This document shows, piece after piece, positions 9,463 to 20,213 of a DNA stretch of 64,000 bases. Source of the stretch: Candidatus Latescibacterota bacterium (GTDB lineage: Bacteria; Latescibacterota; UBA2968; GCA-2709665). The stretch is from positions 416,001 to 480,000 of the forward strand of contig CBDDDZ010000002.1 in NCBI GenBank assembly GCA_965226795.1. The letters are read 5' to 3'. The translations under genes were made by a program, and so were the position numbers. The notes below the pieces were generated by a model, which saw nothing but the letters and a program-made list of their open reading frames with translations, ran no database searches and was not told the DNA's origin. How positions within the stretch are numbered: the stretch's first letter is position 1; each line of letters opens with the position of its first letter.

Positions 9463-10743
9463 ATGTCCGAAAATCTGGAAATCCGCCCGCTCCGCCGTCC
9501 CGTCGACGCCGACGTGTCGGTACCCGGATCCAAGTCCTACACCAACCGGGCGCTGTTGATCGCGGCGCTGGCCAACGGCCGGAGCCGGCTAACCGGCGCT
9601 CTTGAAAGCGACGACACCCGGTATATGGCCGGCGCACTTTCGGCCCTCGGCGTCGACATTCGGGTCGAATGCGAAAGCATCTTCAGCATCGACGGCGCGG
9701 GAGGACGTATTCCCGTCTCGAGCGCAAAACTCTTCGTGGGCAACTCAGGCACCACCGCCCGGTTTCTCGCCGCCTACGCGGCGCTGGGTAACGGCAGCTA
9801 CACGCTGGACGGAGCGCCGCGGATGAGAGAGCGGCCAATCCAGGATCTGATCGACGGCCTTCGTCACCTCGGGGTTCGCGCGCGGAGCCTGGCGGGCAAC
9901 GGCTGTCCGCCGGTTGTGGTCGACGGATCCGGCCTCGAGGGCGGGCGCACGCATATGGCGGGAGACCGGAGCAGCCAGTATCTCACGGCCCTCCTGCTGG
10001 TTGCGCCGTACGCGCGGAGGGACGTCGAGATCCGCGTTACCGGCGCACTGGTCTCCAGGCCCTACATCGACATGACCGTTCGTATTATGCGCGACTTCGG
10101 CGTCTGCGTCGACGTGAAGGACGATAACGTCTTCCAGGTGAAAGCCGGGCAGCGTTTCAGGCCCTCCGAATACGCCATCGAACCGGACGCCTCCAACGCG
10201 TCGTATTTCTTCGCTGCGGCGGCGCTAACCGGCGGTCGGATCAAGGTCCGTAACCTTTCCCCGGAATCGGCACAGGGAGACGTGCGTTTCGTGGACGTCC
10301 TGAACCGAATGGGCTGCGCCGTGAGCAACCGGCCGGACGGTATCGAAGTCCGCGGCCCTGAACGGCTCTCCGGCATCGATGTCGACATGAACGCCATGCC
10401 GGACGTGGTTCAGACCCTCTGCGCCCTCGCCCCGTTCGCCTCCGAGCCGGTCACCGTGCGCAACATAGCCAACCTGCGCATCAAGGAAACCGACCGCATC
10501 GCCGCTGTCGTTGCTGAACTGAACAAACTGGGCGTTCGCGCAGACGCCCGGCCCGACGCGCTGACAGTCTATCCTGCCGCGCGCATCCGCCCGGCCGAAC
10601 TCGACACGTATGACGATCACCGCATGGCCATGAGCATGGCGTTGATCGGCCTGAAGGCTCCGGGTATCGCAATACGGGATCCTGCCTGCGTCAATAAGAC
10701 CTTTCCGTCGTATTTCCAATGCCTCGACGCGTTGCGGAGGTAG
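9463..10743 (+). CDS. aroA: 3-phosphoshikimate 1-carboxyvinyltransferase (EPSP synthase)
   Basis: PGSKSYTNR, GNSGTTARF, SSQY, LRIKETDRI and DDHRMAM motifs. Confidence 0.96.
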   Translation: MSENLEIRPLRRPVDADVSVPGSKSYTNRALLIAALANGRSRLTGALESDDTRYMAGALSALGVDIRVECESIFSIDGAGGRIPVSSAKLFVGNSGTTARFLAAYAALGNGSYTLDGAPRMRERPIQDLIDGLRHLGVRARSLAGNGCPPVVVDGSGLEGGRTHMAGDRSSQYLTALLLVAPYARRDVEIRVTGALVSRPYIDMTVRIMRDFGVCVDVKDDNVFQVKAGQRFRPSEYAIEPDASNASYFFAAAALTGGRIKVRNLSPESAQGDVRFVDVLNRMGCAVSNRPDGIEVRGPERLSGIDVDMNAMPDVVQTLCALAPFASEPVTVRNIANLRIKETDRIAAVVAELNKLGVRADARPDALTVYPAARIRPAELDTYDDHRMAMSMALIGLKAPGIAIRDPACVNKTFPSYFQCLDALRR

Positions 10744-10770
10744 CGCCTGCGTACAGGTTTAATCGTACTT

Positions 10771-11634
10771 CTATCGTCGTCGCCGTCGTTCCTTCGCACC
10801 CGCTTTATTCCCGCGACGGGCCCGCTCACTCTCCAGGATCCTTTTCTTGATCGCCTGGAACCCGCGGGAATCCCTTGATAGACCCGCTTTGGGGGGCAGT
10901 CCTCCAATCTGCGCCCGCACGTTCTCGATCCGCTCGCGGCTGGGAGGATGTGTGGAAAACAAGACCTCCAGCCGGCCCGCCTCCTTTTCCTGCATCGCCA
11001 TCAGCTTTTCGAAAAACGTGGCCGTTCCCTCCGGATCGATGCCCGACTTGTAAGTCGCGTCAACGGCAAACCCGTCCGCCTCCCGCTCGGCGTCGCGTCC
11101 GTACTTCAACTGTCCCATACCGGTAGAAATCGCGGCGACCTGCCTGAGCACCCGGCGCTGCACGTCCGCGTCCTCTCCACCCAGGGTTGCGTCGAGAATC
11201 ACGGCCGCGCCGAACTGCCTGCTGATTGCCCGGGCGCCGTGCCTTCCATCCACGTGGCCGATTTCGTGGCCGATAACCCCCGCAAGTTCAGACTCGTTCT
11301 CCGCGGTTGTGATAAGCCCCCGGTTCACGTACAGCCAGCCGCCCGGAAGGGCGAAAGCGTTTACGTCATCCGTATCCACGACCTTGAAATAGTAGGTCAG
11401 ATTCGAGCGGCGAGAATGCCGCCCAAGCCTCCGGCCCAGACTGTCGATGTACGCCGCCACGGCAGGGTCGTTATAGAGCTTGAGATTTCGCTCGACGTCT
11501 CGCGCCGCCTGTCTGCCGATCTCTACTTCCTGCTCCGTACTCAATATATTGAAACGGCCAACCGCCGCGCAGGATGCTATCGATCCCACCAGGCAGACAG
11601 TTACCAACAGCCGCAAGCAAGACATCTTCGACAT
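10771..11634 (-). CDS. M48 family zinc metallopeptidase (BepA/YfgC-like), probable lipoprotein
   Basis: NAFALPGG, HEIGH zinc motif, EREAD and STHP; N-terminal lipobox-like IASC. Confidence 0.88.
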   Translation of the reverse strand: MSKMSCLRLLVTVCLVGSIASCAAVGRFNILSTEQEVEIGRQAARDVERNLKLYNDPAVAAYIDSLGRRLGRHSRRSNLTYYFKVVDTDDVNAFALPGGWLYVNRGLITTAENESELAGVIGHEIGHVDGRHGARAISRQFGAAVILDATLGGEDADVQRRVLRQVAAISTGMGQLKYGRDAEREADGFAVDATYKSGIDPEGTATFFEKLMAMQEKEAGRLEVLFSTHPPSRERIENVRAQIGGLPPKAGLSRDSRGFQAIKKRILESERARRGNKAGAKERRRRR

Positions 11635-11806
11635 TGCCAGAATAGCCTTTCACTACGTTTCGATTGCCGCCGGGCTGTTCCCGGAATCCGAGCGCGCCAG
11701 CAAGAAACACTTGGCACTGCATGTGGACGTCAGTACCTGGCGGACCCTTTCTTCCAGTGCTTACCCGCAGAAGGGCGCCCTCACCCATTCCACGTGATAT
11801 GGACCG

Positions 11807-12736
11807 TTATCTGTCCATATCAATTTGAAGCGTCCCCCGTCTTCCGTCCACGACAGCCGGGAGTCCGATCGGCAGAACGCGACGACCGGATCCGTGCCCA
11901 TACGGGAGCCCACAGAAGACCGGAACGACAACTGAAGTCGAAAAATCACGGAGAACGTCGTCCATGGTGCCCTCCTCTTCCCGTTCCGGTTCGCAGCCTT
12001 CGAACTGCCCGAATACCACACCGGCGACCCGGTCGAAGACACCCGCCATCCGGAGTTGGGTAAGCATGCGGTCCACCCGGTAGGGCGCCTCGTTCACGTC
12101 TTCCAGAAACAGCACTGCACCGTCGGTATCCGGAAAATATCCTGTACCCGCGAGCGATGCGACCACGGACAGGCAGCCACCCAACAGCCTCCCTGCCGCG
12201 GTTTGTCCCCGCAGCGCCACGACACCGGCCATCGCGTCATACCGCCCCGACGTGAGCGCGTTCCACAGAGATGTTTCCGTTGCTTCCGGCATTCCAGACG
12301 GCGAAACGTCTCCGCACAGCGTTACGCCCGAGTAACTCACCATTCCGGTACGGGCGTAGATTCCCAATTGCAGCGCGGTCGTATCGCTGAACCCCACCAG
12401 GGGCTTCGGACATTTCCGGATTGCCTCATAGTCAAGAGACCCCAGCACCCGCGCGGCACCGAAACCACCGCGGGCCGCAAAGATAGCCCTCACCTCGGGG
12501 TCGGCGAACATTGCGTTCAAATCCGTCGCCCTGGCGAGATCGTGTCCCGCCAGGTACCGATCCCGATCGTAGACCGCCGAACCGACCCGCACCCGGTATC
12601 CCCGATTCCGCAGGTATGCCAGGCCCGGCCGCAGACGTTCGCTTTCAAACGATCCCGAGGGCGACACGACCCCGATCAGGTCGCCGCGTCGAATATACGG
12701 TGGAATAACCAAATGACTTTTCCATCTCCAAGTCAC
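11807..12736 (-). CDS. ldcA: LD-carboxypeptidase (peptidase S66)
   Basis: ARGGFGA, GFSDTT nucleophile, LEDVNE and YGHG. Confidence 0.88.
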   Translation of the reverse strand: MTWRWKSHLVIPPYIRRGDLIGVVSPSGSFESERLRPGLAYLRNRGYRVRVGSAVYDRDRYLAGHDLARATDLNAMFADPEVRAIFAARGGFGAARVLGSLDYEAIRKCPKPLVGFSDTTALQLGIYARTGMVSYSGVTLCGDVSPSGMPEATETSLWNALTSGRYDAMAGVVALRGQTAAGRLLGGCLSVVASLAGTGYFPDTDGAVLFLEDVNEAPYRVDRMLTQLRMAGVFDRVAGVVFGQFEGCEPEREEEGTMDDVLRDFSTSVVVPVFCGLPYGHGSGRRVLPIGLPAVVDGRRGTLQIDMDR

Positions 12737-12795
12737 ACGACTGCGGAAGCGCCGTTGTCGTAAGGACGCCGCCGGCGGACAGCGGACACCGGACG

Positions 12796-14160
12796 TCAGG
12801 GCGCGAACGACTTCAATATTCCGGTGGCGAAATCGGTCAGTGTGTCGTCACGCGCTCCCATAATCACCACCCTGTCGCCGGGTCGCGCCTGTTCCGAAAA
12901 CCAGCATGCAATCTCTTCTCTCTCCTGGAAAAACGCCGCACGAATACCACGTTCGCAAATCGCGTCGATCAATTCTCCGGACGAGATATCCCGCACCGCC
13001 GTTCCGCCCGCATAATATATTTCCGGCATCGCAAGCAGATCCTGCTTTTCCATCCCATCCGCAAGAGCGGCTATCAGCCCATCCTTGAGAAACCGCGTTG
13101 GAGCGAATCCGGTTGGCTGGAACATCACCAGCAGCCGCCCCGGCTGTTCCTTGAGTGTCGCGAGAGACGCCGAAATCTTGTCGGGATTGTGCGCGAAGTC
13201 ATCGATCACCGTCACGCCGCCGGCGGTCCCCAGTACCTGCAGGCGCCGCCGGATGCCCGCAAAATCAGCCAGCGCGTCCGCCGATTGTCTGATCGTGACG
13301 CCCAATAACGAGCAGGCGGCCACGGCTGCTGCTGCATTGGAAACATTGTGCCTGCCAGGCACCATCAGGCGAAATCCGACCCCGCTGACTTCAAACGCCA
13401 CGCCATCCGCAAGGGGTTGAATCTTCTCGGCGCAGACCTGCGCACGGTTATTTTTCACGCCAAAACCAATGCCCTCCACGCCAAGGGCCACGGATGACTC
13501 GCAGTCCATATTGATTACCGCAGCCCGGCGGGCCTTTTGCACGAATTCCCGAAACATCCCGAACAAAACCTCGAGCGGCTTGTGGTCCTGCGAAATATTG
13601 GTCAATACCGAAATCGAAGGCTCGTACAAGACAATCGTGCCGTCGCTCTCATCCGCCTCAATCACCGAAAGGCCGGGATCGCCGCAGATTGCGTTGCCCG
13701 TGAGCGATGGCGGCTCATTCAGGAGCGCACCTCCCAGAATCACGGTTGGGTCTCTGTCCGTCCTCTTCAGAATGTGACCGATCATGCCAGCCACAGTGGT
13801 TTTTCCGCTCGTGCCGCCAACGGCGACCCCCTCCGCCCGGTTGAATAGCTCCGCCAGCACCTCCGCGCGCTTCCGAACGGGTATCTTCCGACGCAACGCG
13901 GCGCGCACGTCGGGGATGTGTTCCTCCACCGCTGCGGATACCACCAGTTCGTCCACGGTGTCATCCACACCCGAACCATCCTGGGGGTACAACGCGATGC
14001 CCCGCGCCTTGAGCTGTTCGAAGAGTCTGTGGTTCTGTCCCTGGTCCCGGCTGCGGTCGGACCCGCGTACCGCGTGGCCGTGATGCCACAACACTTGCGC
14101 CAGCGCGCTCATTCCGCTGCCGCCGATCCCGCAGAAAAAGACCGTTTTCCAGGCCGCCAC
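12796..14160 (-). CDS. Mur ligase, MurC/Mpl family (stand-alone MurC-like)
   Basis: GIGGSGMS, GTSGKTT P-loop, EADESDG and DDFAHNP; not in a dcw cluster. Confidence 0.85.
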   Translation of the reverse strand: MAAWKTVFFCGIGGSGMSALAQVLWHHGHAVRGSDRSRDQGQNHRLFEQLKARGIALYPQDGSGVDDTVDELVVSAAVEEHIPDVRAALRRKIPVRKRAEVLAELFNRAEGVAVGGTSGKTTVAGMIGHILKRTDRDPTVILGGALLNEPPSLTGNAICGDPGLSVIEADESDGTIVLYEPSISVLTNISQDHKPLEVLFGMFREFVQKARRAAVINMDCESSVALGVEGIGFGVKNNRAQVCAEKIQPLADGVAFEVSGVGFRLMVPGRHNVSNAAAAVAACSLLGVTIRQSADALADFAGIRRRLQVLGTAGGVTVIDDFAHNPDKISASLATLKEQPGRLLVMFQPTGFAPTRFLKDGLIAALADGMEKQDLLAMPEIYYAGGTAVRDISSGELIDAICERGIRAAFFQEREEIACWFSEQARPGDRVVIMGARDDTLTDFATGILKSFAP

Positions 14161-14209
14161 GTCCTCTCCTTCCGCCGTCTGTCAGAAACGCACACTCGGA
14201 GTTGATTCC

Positions 14210-14238
14210 ATACTAAAGACCCATACCGGTTTTGTCAA
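14210..14238 (-). promoter_or_regulatory. sigma70-type promoter for the Mur ligase operon
   Basis: Minus strand TTGACA-17 bp-TAGTAT. Confidence 0.55.
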
Positions 14239-14486
14239 GCATACAAGAAAAACAAAGGACTCCGGAGAACCGGGCATCGACCATCGGCGTACCCCGGCCA
14301 GCCGGGAACCCGCAGACTGCCCGGCCTGCCGAAGAGATCATTCGAGGCATATGGCCGATATCTTCCGCGAAGCAGAGACCGCGCCCGTCCCGGTTTCTGA
14401 TCTACGGAACGTAGGGCGGTGTACTCGGCAATTTGGAAATCGTCTCAGGCGCCAGTCCCTATATGGGAATCGCGGGGCTTCTTCCA

Positions 14487-14515
14487 TTGACACACGGCCG
14501 GGTGTACAGTATATT
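14487..14515 (+). promoter_or_regulatory. sigma70-type promoter
   Basis: TTGACA-17 bp-TATATT about 60 bp upstream of ATG 14577. Confidence 0.6.
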
Positions 14516-14576
14516 TCCACTTCTGGATCTGCAGCGAATTTCGTATTACAACCTCCTATTATACAAGGAGTTCTAC

Positions 14577-15779
14577 ATGGGCGGCAAGTTTCGTTACGTG
14601 CTGACCGACGTAGATCGCGCCCTCTGGGTCGAGTCCGGATATGTAGATGAGGAAACCCTGTCCATAGGGACAGGATATTCGTGGAGCGTGAAAAAGAAAA
14701 CCCTTCAGGGTGGCCTCCAGGCGGGCATCGACCTTATTGAGGTGGACAACGGCGCATTCTCTTTTTTCATAGTGCCGACACGAGGCATGGGCATCTGGAA
14801 AGGCATCTACCGGGGTATCCCGATCGGATGGGAATCCCCGGCCCGCGACCTGGTTCATCCGGCCCACGTCGACGCCAACGACCGGGGAGGCCTCGGTTGG
14901 CTGAAGGGCTTCAACGAATGGATCGTTCGCTGCGGCCTGGAAAGCAACGGCGCGCCGACGAACGACGTGGTAATAGACAACAACGGAAACGAGGCCACGG
15001 TTTTCCTCCCGCTTCACGGAAAAATCGCAAACATTCCTGCGCGCCACGTCGAGGTGTGCATCGACCTGGCACCCCCACATCGCATCACTGTGATGGGGGT
15101 TGTCGACGAAACCATGATGCTTGGTCCCGCGCTGCGGTTGACCACCTGTATTTCCACGTTACCAGGCGCCAACAGCCTCACTGTTTCGGATAGGATTACC
15201 AACCTCAATAACAACCCCGCCGAAATGCAGATGCTATACCATTGTAACTATGGGCCTCCGCTGTTGGAAGAGGGGAGCGCCCTCGTGGCACCCATCAGAT
15301 CCGTATCCCCGAGAGACGCCAGGGCGCAGAAGGGCGTGGACGCCTATAACAGTTTCGGGGCGCCGGAGCCCGGTTTTGTTGAACAGGTCTATTTTTACGA
15401 GCTGGCAGGAAAGAGGGGAAGCGGGCAGACGGCGGTCCTGCTCAAGAACGCCAAGGGAGACCTTGGATCCAGCCTGCACTGTTCGCTAAACCAGTTGCCC
15501 TGTTTTACGCTCTGGAAGAACACGGCGGCAACCGGTGTCGGATACGTCACCGGTCTGGAACCCGCTACCAACTACCCCAACCCCAAGCCGTTCGAGCGTA
15601 AACATGGCCGCGTCGTCAGGCTCGAAGCCGGTGAGACCCACAGAATGGACCTTACGGTTGCCGTCCACGACAGCAGAAAAAAGGTCCGGAACGTGGAACG
15701 GGCTATCAAGCAGATTCAAAAGAACGTAAAATCCAGCGTTTCCCGGACGCCCCTCAAGAGGTTTTCCGCTGCCGGTTAG
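14577..15779 (+). CDS. aldose 1-epimerase-like protein (DUF4432 family)
   Basis: [22 protein letters not shown] and [18 protein letters not shown] before the ATG. Confidence 0.75.
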   Translation: MGGKFRYVLTDVDRALWVESGYVDEETLSIGTGYSWSVKKKTLQGGLQAGIDLIEVDNGAFSFFIVPTRGMGIWKGIYRGIPIGWESPARDLVHPAHVDANDRGGLGWLKGFNEWIVRCGLESNGAPTNDVVIDNNGNEATVFLPLHGKIANIPARHVEVCIDLAPPHRITVMGVVDETMMLGPALRLTTCISTLPGANSLTVSDRITNLNNNPAEMQMLYHCNYGPPLLEEGSALVAPIRSVSPRDARAQKGVDAYNSFGAPEPGFVEQVYFYELAGKRGSGQTAVLLKNAKGDLGSSLHCSLNQLPCFTLWKNTAATGVGYVTGLEPATNYPNPKPFERKHGRVVRLEAGETHRMDLTVAVHDSRKKVRNVERAIKQIQKNVKSSVSRTPLKRFSAAG

Positions 15780-15877
15780 AGCGACCCGATACCGGCGTTC
15801 AAAAAACGGGCTCGGCGCGCACGTTCGGCACCAGCGCCGACGGTCTCTGCAGGTCGTCAGGTGGAAACACCGAAAGG

Positions 15878-18800
15878 ATGCCATTCGTGAGTTCCACACC
15901 AACTTTCCAGGAACTCATTCTCCGCCTCCAGCGATTCTGGGCGGATAACGGGTGTATCATCTGGCAGCCGCTGAGCGAAAAGGTGGGCGCAGGTACGTTG
16001 AACCCGAGCACCGCACTTCGCGTGCTCGGACCCGAGCCCTGGAAGGTAGCCTACGTTGAACCCAGCTTCCGTCCGGACGACGGCCGATTCGGAGAGAATC
16101 CGAACCGGATGCAGATGCATACGCAGTACCAGGTTGTTCTCAAACCCGAGCCAGGCAACCCCCAGGAACTCTACCTGGACAGCCTGGAAGCGTTGGGTCT
16201 GAATCGCCGGCAACACGACATCCGTTTCGTGGAAGACAACTGGGAATCGCCCGCGCTGGGCGCGTGGGGCCTGGGTTGGGAGGTCTGGCTGGACGGCCTG
16301 GAAATCACCCAGTTCACGTACTTCCAGCAGGCTGGAGGCCTGTCGCTCGATCCCGTGCCCGTGGAAATCACCTACGGCATGGAACGAATTGCCATGTATG
16401 TTCAGGACGTGCGCGAAGTCTGGCAACTCCGCTGGAATGAGCACGTCTCCTACGGGGACATTCTCAGGCAGCAGGAAGTGGAGTATTGCAACTACGAGTT
16501 CTTTTACGCAAACGTCAAGCGCCTGCAGACCATGTTCAATCTCTTCCTCGAGGAAGCCAGAGCCGCAATAGACCGCGATCTCGTCATTCCCGCACATGAC
16601 TACGTGTTACGGTGCTCTCACACGTTCAACCTTCTGGACACCCGGGGGGCCATCGGCGTTACCGAACGTGCGCGGTACTTCGCCCAAATCCGCGATCTGG
16701 CAAGACAGGTCGCCGAAGGCTTTGCCAGACAGCGCGAAGCATCCGGTCACCCCCTTATCACGAAAACCGAGGACGCGGCTGCCCCGCAACCGCGACGGGA
16801 CTTTGAATCTCTGGAGCGGGCCGACCTACTTCTGGAAATCGGATCCGAGGAACTTCCGCCCCACGACGTGCGGTCCGGCATCGAACAACTCGAAAGGCGC
16901 CTGCCCGAGCTTCTTCGGGAACAGAGGCTTGGATACGACGGCGTCGAAATTACGGGCACACCCAGACGGCTGGTCGCCAGCGTCAGGAACCTTGAGGGCC
17001 GGCAGCCGGACCAGGAACGCGAAGTGCGCGGACCGGCTGTCAAGGCCGCCTACGACGGCGAGGGAAAACCCACGCGCGCCCTTGAAGGATTCTGTCGCGG
17101 TCAGGGCATTTCTCCAGGTTCCGTGGAACACAGGAAAGACGACAAAGGCGTTGCATACGTCTACGCCCGGCGCCACGAGCCCGGACTTGAAACGCAGGAA
17201 ATCCTGACGGAACTCCTACCCAAACTGATTGCGGGCCTGAACTTCCCGAAAACGATGCGCTGGGACTCCGACGGATTCGCCTATCCCCGACCTATCCGAT
17301 GGATTGTCGCCCTTTTTGGAAACCAGATTATCCCGTTCCACTTCGCCCGGATCCGGAGTGGACGTACCAGCCACGGATCGAGGCCCGAAGGCGCCCCGCG
17401 CGTTCGGCTGGAATCTGCCGATAGGTATCATCTTCAAATGGAAGCACGCGGCCTGATCGTGAACCGCGGGCGGCGAAGAGAGGCTATCTGGAAACAGGTT
17501 CTCGAACAGGCGCGTCTGGTGGGTGGTAGCGTACAGGAAGATCCGGATCTACTCGACGAGGTTACCGACCTGGTCGAAGCGCCCTGCGCGTTGCGCGGCG
17601 GTTTCGATGAATCCCATCTTGAACTACCGGAGGAGGTCCTGGTCACGGTACTCAAGAAATACCAGCGCTACTTCCCTATAGTTCACCCGCAAACAGGCCG
17701 GCTTATGCCCTATTTCGTGGCCGTATCCAACGGCCGGTCGGCCGATTCCGGCCCCGTCATTCGCGGGAACGAGAATGTCGTTCGCGCCAGATATGCAGAT
17801 GCCGCCTTTTTCTACCGGGAAGATGGCCGAAAGCCCCTGGAAGACTACCTGCCGCGGTTGGATACGCTCACCTACCAGGAAGAGCTGGGCTCCGTGAGGG
17901 ACAAGAGCGAGCGAATCGAGCGACTGCTCACGGTCGTCGCCAACGATCTGGGTCTGACGGCATGCGGTACGAACACGGCGAAAAGAGCGGCCCGTCTTTG
18001 CAAAGCCGACCTGGCCACCGGTATGGTCGTCGAAATGACGGCCCTTCAGGGCGTGATGGGCCGCTACTACGCCTTGTTGTCCAACGAGACCGACGCAGTG
18101 GCCACGGCCATCCAGGAACATTATCTCCCCCGGTTTCCGCGCGATATGCTGCCGGCAAGCGAATCCGGTTTTGCGGTTTCCGTAGCCGACCGGCTGGACA
18201 GCCTGGCCGGCCTGTTCTGCGCTGGAATCAAGCCCCGGTCTACCGCCGATCCCTATGGGCTGCGAAGGGACGCGCTGGGCCTGCTGGCACTGCTTATCGG
18301 GAAACGGTGTCACTTCTCCCTTAAGAAGGGCCTCGAGGCCGCGGCAACGGGGTTGCCGATCCGAATCGATACCGATCGATTGAACGACGCTTACAAGTTC
18401 ATCCTGCGCCGCCTGGGCGTACAACTGAAAGAGGAAGGTTTTCGCCACGACGTGGTCGAGGCCACCCTTGCCGGCGGATGCGACGACCCTTTCGGGCTCC
18501 GCACCATTGTGGAGGGCCTCGATCGGATGGTACGTTCGGAAAACTGGACGGAAACGCTTCATGCATACGCACGGTGCAAGCGGATTGTTCGGATCCTCGA
18601 TGAAATCCATCCATTGAATCCGGACGCGGATCCAATCCCTTCCTCGCGCAGCTTACATCAGAATTGGGGGGACGCCCGCCGCAGCATGGACCGTTCGGAA
18701 GACAAGATCGACACCCTGGAAAAAGTGTTGGCCGACCTGCGCGAACCTATAAACAGCTTCTTCGAGGAAGTGCTGGTGATGGACGAAGATCCCGTGCTTC

Positions 18801-18883
18801 GCCGGGCCCGCCTGGCCCTGGTTCAGCGTATCGTCTCTCTCACGGACGGCATTGCGGACCTGAGCAGGCTGGAGGGGTTCTGA
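15878..18883 (+). CDS. glyQS: fused glycyl-tRNA synthetase alpha+beta (GlyQS)
   Basis: Alpha motifs ([27 protein letters not shown]) continue in frame into beta motifs ([28 protein letters not shown]); 1001 aa. Confidence 0.95.
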   Translation: MPFVSSTPTFQELILRLQRFWADNGCIIWQPLSEKVGAGTLNPSTALRVLGPEPWKVAYVEPSFRPDDGRFGENPNRMQMHTQYQVVLKPEPGNPQELYLDSLEALGLNRRQHDIRFVEDNWESPALGAWGLGWEVWLDGLEITQFTYFQQAGGLSLDPVPVEITYGMERIAMYVQDVREVWQLRWNEHVSYGDILRQQEVEYCNYEFFYANVKRLQTMFNLFLEEARAAIDRDLVIPAHDYVLRCSHTFNLLDTRGAIGVTERARYFAQIRDLARQVAEGFARQREASGHPLITKTEDAAAPQPRRDFESLERADLLLEIGSEELPPHDVRSGIEQLERRLPELLREQRLGYDGVEITGTPRRLVASVRNLEGRQPDQEREVRGPAVKAAYDGEGKPTRALEGFCRGQGISPGSVEHRKDDKGVAYVYARRHEPGLETQEILTELLPKLIAGLNFPKTMRWDSDGFAYPRPIRWIVALFGNQIIPFHFARIRSGRTSHGSRPEGAPRVRLESADRYHLQMEARGLIVNRGRRREAIWKQVLEQARLVGGSVQEDPDLLDEVTDLVEAPCALRGGFDESHLELPEEVLVTVLKKYQRYFPIVHPQTGRLMPYFVAVSNGRSADSGPVIRGNENVVRARYADAAFFYREDGRKPLEDYLPRLDTLTYQEELGSVRDKSERIERLLTVVANDLGLTACGTNTAKRAARLCKADLATGMVVEMTALQGVMGRYYALLSNETDAVATAIQEHYLPRFPRDMLPASESGFAVSVADRLDSLAGLFCAGIKPRSTADPYGLRRDALGLLALLIGKRCHFSLKKGLEAAATGLPIRIDTDRLNDAYKFILRRLGVQLKEEGFRHDVVEATLAGGCDDPFGLRTIVEGLDRMVRSENWTETLHAYARCKRIVRILDEIHPLNPDADPIPSSRSLHQNWGDARRSMDRSEDKIDTLEKVLADLREPINSFFEEVLVMDEDPVLRRARLALVQRIVSLTDGIADLSRLEGF

Positions 18884-19030
18884 GGCGGAAACACGTCGCG
18901 CATTCGTCGGATTGATTCGTACCGGAATACCTTCCAACTTACCTTGAATTCGATCGAGCCCACCGTGGCGCGACATCCGGCCTCAAGGGGCACCAACGCC
19001 GACCGACTCTTTAGCTAATTTTTCGTTCTC

Positions 19031-19612
19031 ATGCGCATCATCACGGGCAAACTCAAAGGCCGGACCATTCCGTTTGACGTCAGGAAACACGGCAACGCCC
19101 GCGTAACGCCGGGAAGGATCAAAGAGGCCGCATTCACGATTCTGGGCACCAGACTTGAACATCTTCATTTTCTCGACCTCTTTTCCTGTTCGGGCCAGAT
19201 CGGACTCGAGGCGTACAGCCGCGGCGCCAGGGTGCTTCTGAACGAACCGAATCGTGGCAGGCACGGCTTTATTTTAATGCTGTTGAAGGACTGGGGTTTG
19301 GAAAAACAGATACGCCTGCTGAATCAGCCCGCCGAGAGACTCCTGCCTCTGCTTGAGTCGGAACAACGGCTTTTTGACGTTATATACGCGGATCCGCCGT
19401 ACCTGCAACGACTGGACGACGTTCCGTTCGCCCTCGCCATGCTCATCCGTCTGAGCGGATCCGCCCTCGTTGCTCCATCGGGACATATCCTCATTCAACA
19501 CTTCGCAGGCCTGGAGTTGCCCGCCACCGTCCGGCATCTTTCATTGCGCATGCGTAAGACCTACGGCGTCACTTCGTTATCCATCTACCGAAAGGTGGGC
19601 CGAGGCCAGTAA
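19031..19612 (+). CDS. rsmD: 16S rRNA m2G966 methyltransferase RsmD family
   Basis: MRIITGKLKGR, LDLFSCSGQIGLEA-SRGA and ADPPY. Confidence 0.85.
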   Translation: MRIITGKLKGRTIPFDVRKHGNARVTPGRIKEAAFTILGTRLEHLHFLDLFSCSGQIGLEAYSRGARVLLNEPNRGRHGFILMLLKDWGLEKQIRLLNQPAERLLPLLESEQRLFDVIYADPPYLQRLDDVPFALAMLIRLSGSALVAPSGHILIQHFAGLELPATVRHLSLRMRKTYGVTSLSIYRKVGRGQ

Positions 19613-19633
19613 GCCCCTTTTCGAAATATCCAT

Positions 19634-19662
19634 TTGCTTTTGTACCCTGTTGCGTGTATTCT
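19634..19662 (+). promoter_or_regulatory. candidate sigma70-type promoter for the UGA-containing gene
   Basis: TTGCTT-17 bp-TATTCT about 40 bp upstream of ATG 19701. Confidence 0.4.
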
Positions 19663-19700
19663 TTTAACATCCAACCCCAATTCGGAAAGGAGCCGACCAC

Positions 19701-19979
19701 ATGAATACCATGCACGAGTCCATCGAATTCCGTCCCCGCGGGCGAACGCTTGCCATAGGCGGTATCCCCTGGCTGCCGCGGATTACGGACAAAGCCCGGG
19801 CAATGCTGCGGAACAACATCGGCGACTATATCTACCCCTGACCCGCCGACCAGAAGTTCCTGGAGGAACTCGGCATGCCGGCGGAAAAATTCACGCAAAT
19901 CGTTTCCGAATGTAAACTGGATGAGGAAGTCATCGAACGCGTCCGCCCTTATTACGAAAAGTCACAAAAGGTAAAATAG
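19701..19979 (+). CDS. DUF5069-like protein with in-frame UGA (codon 47), candidate selenoprotein
   Basis: AAAGGAG RBS then MNTMHESIEFRPRGRTLAIGGIPWLPRITDKARAMLRNNIGDYIYP[TGA]PADQKFLEELGMPAEKFTQIVSECKLDEEVIERVRPYYEKSQKVK*. Matches the recalled DUF5069 pattern GG..LPR..DKARA...GEYIYPCP.D, with TGA (19839-19841) at the Cys position. Absent from the ORF track. Confidence 0.75.
19845..19874 (+). promoter_or_regulatory. candidate bacterial SECIS element
   Basis: Upper stem AGTTCC (19855-60)/GGAACT (19865-70) with TGGA loop starting 19 nt after the UGA; lower stem GCCG/CGGC. Confidence 0.6.
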
Positions 19980-19987
19980 GAATATAA

Positions 19988-20014
19988 AAGCCGCCATGCG
20001 CTGCGTGGCGGCTT
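19988..20014. terminator. hairpin terminator after the UGA-containing gene
   Basis: AAGCCGCCATGC-GCT-GCGTGGCGGCTT inverted repeat between convergent genes. Confidence 0.6.
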
Positions 20015-20213
20015 CGCTCGTTTGTCTCCGAAAAATGCTTTCATCTCCCATCTCCCGATTTACGCCCCATAGAATCCGGCCTCCCGTCGCCGGTCGTCAG
20101 ACCCTGTCAAACCAACCTGGCATTCAAGCTCCTCTATATCAATCGACAACCGTTGCATTTCATCCACGCCGTCCTTCATCAGGCGTCCACCCAGATTCCT
20201 TCGCTGCATCGCG

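Noticed and set aside
19839..19841. UGA as evidence of genetic code 4 or 25
   Set aside because: Many genes here end at TGA at their expected C-termini, and Trp is encoded by TGG.
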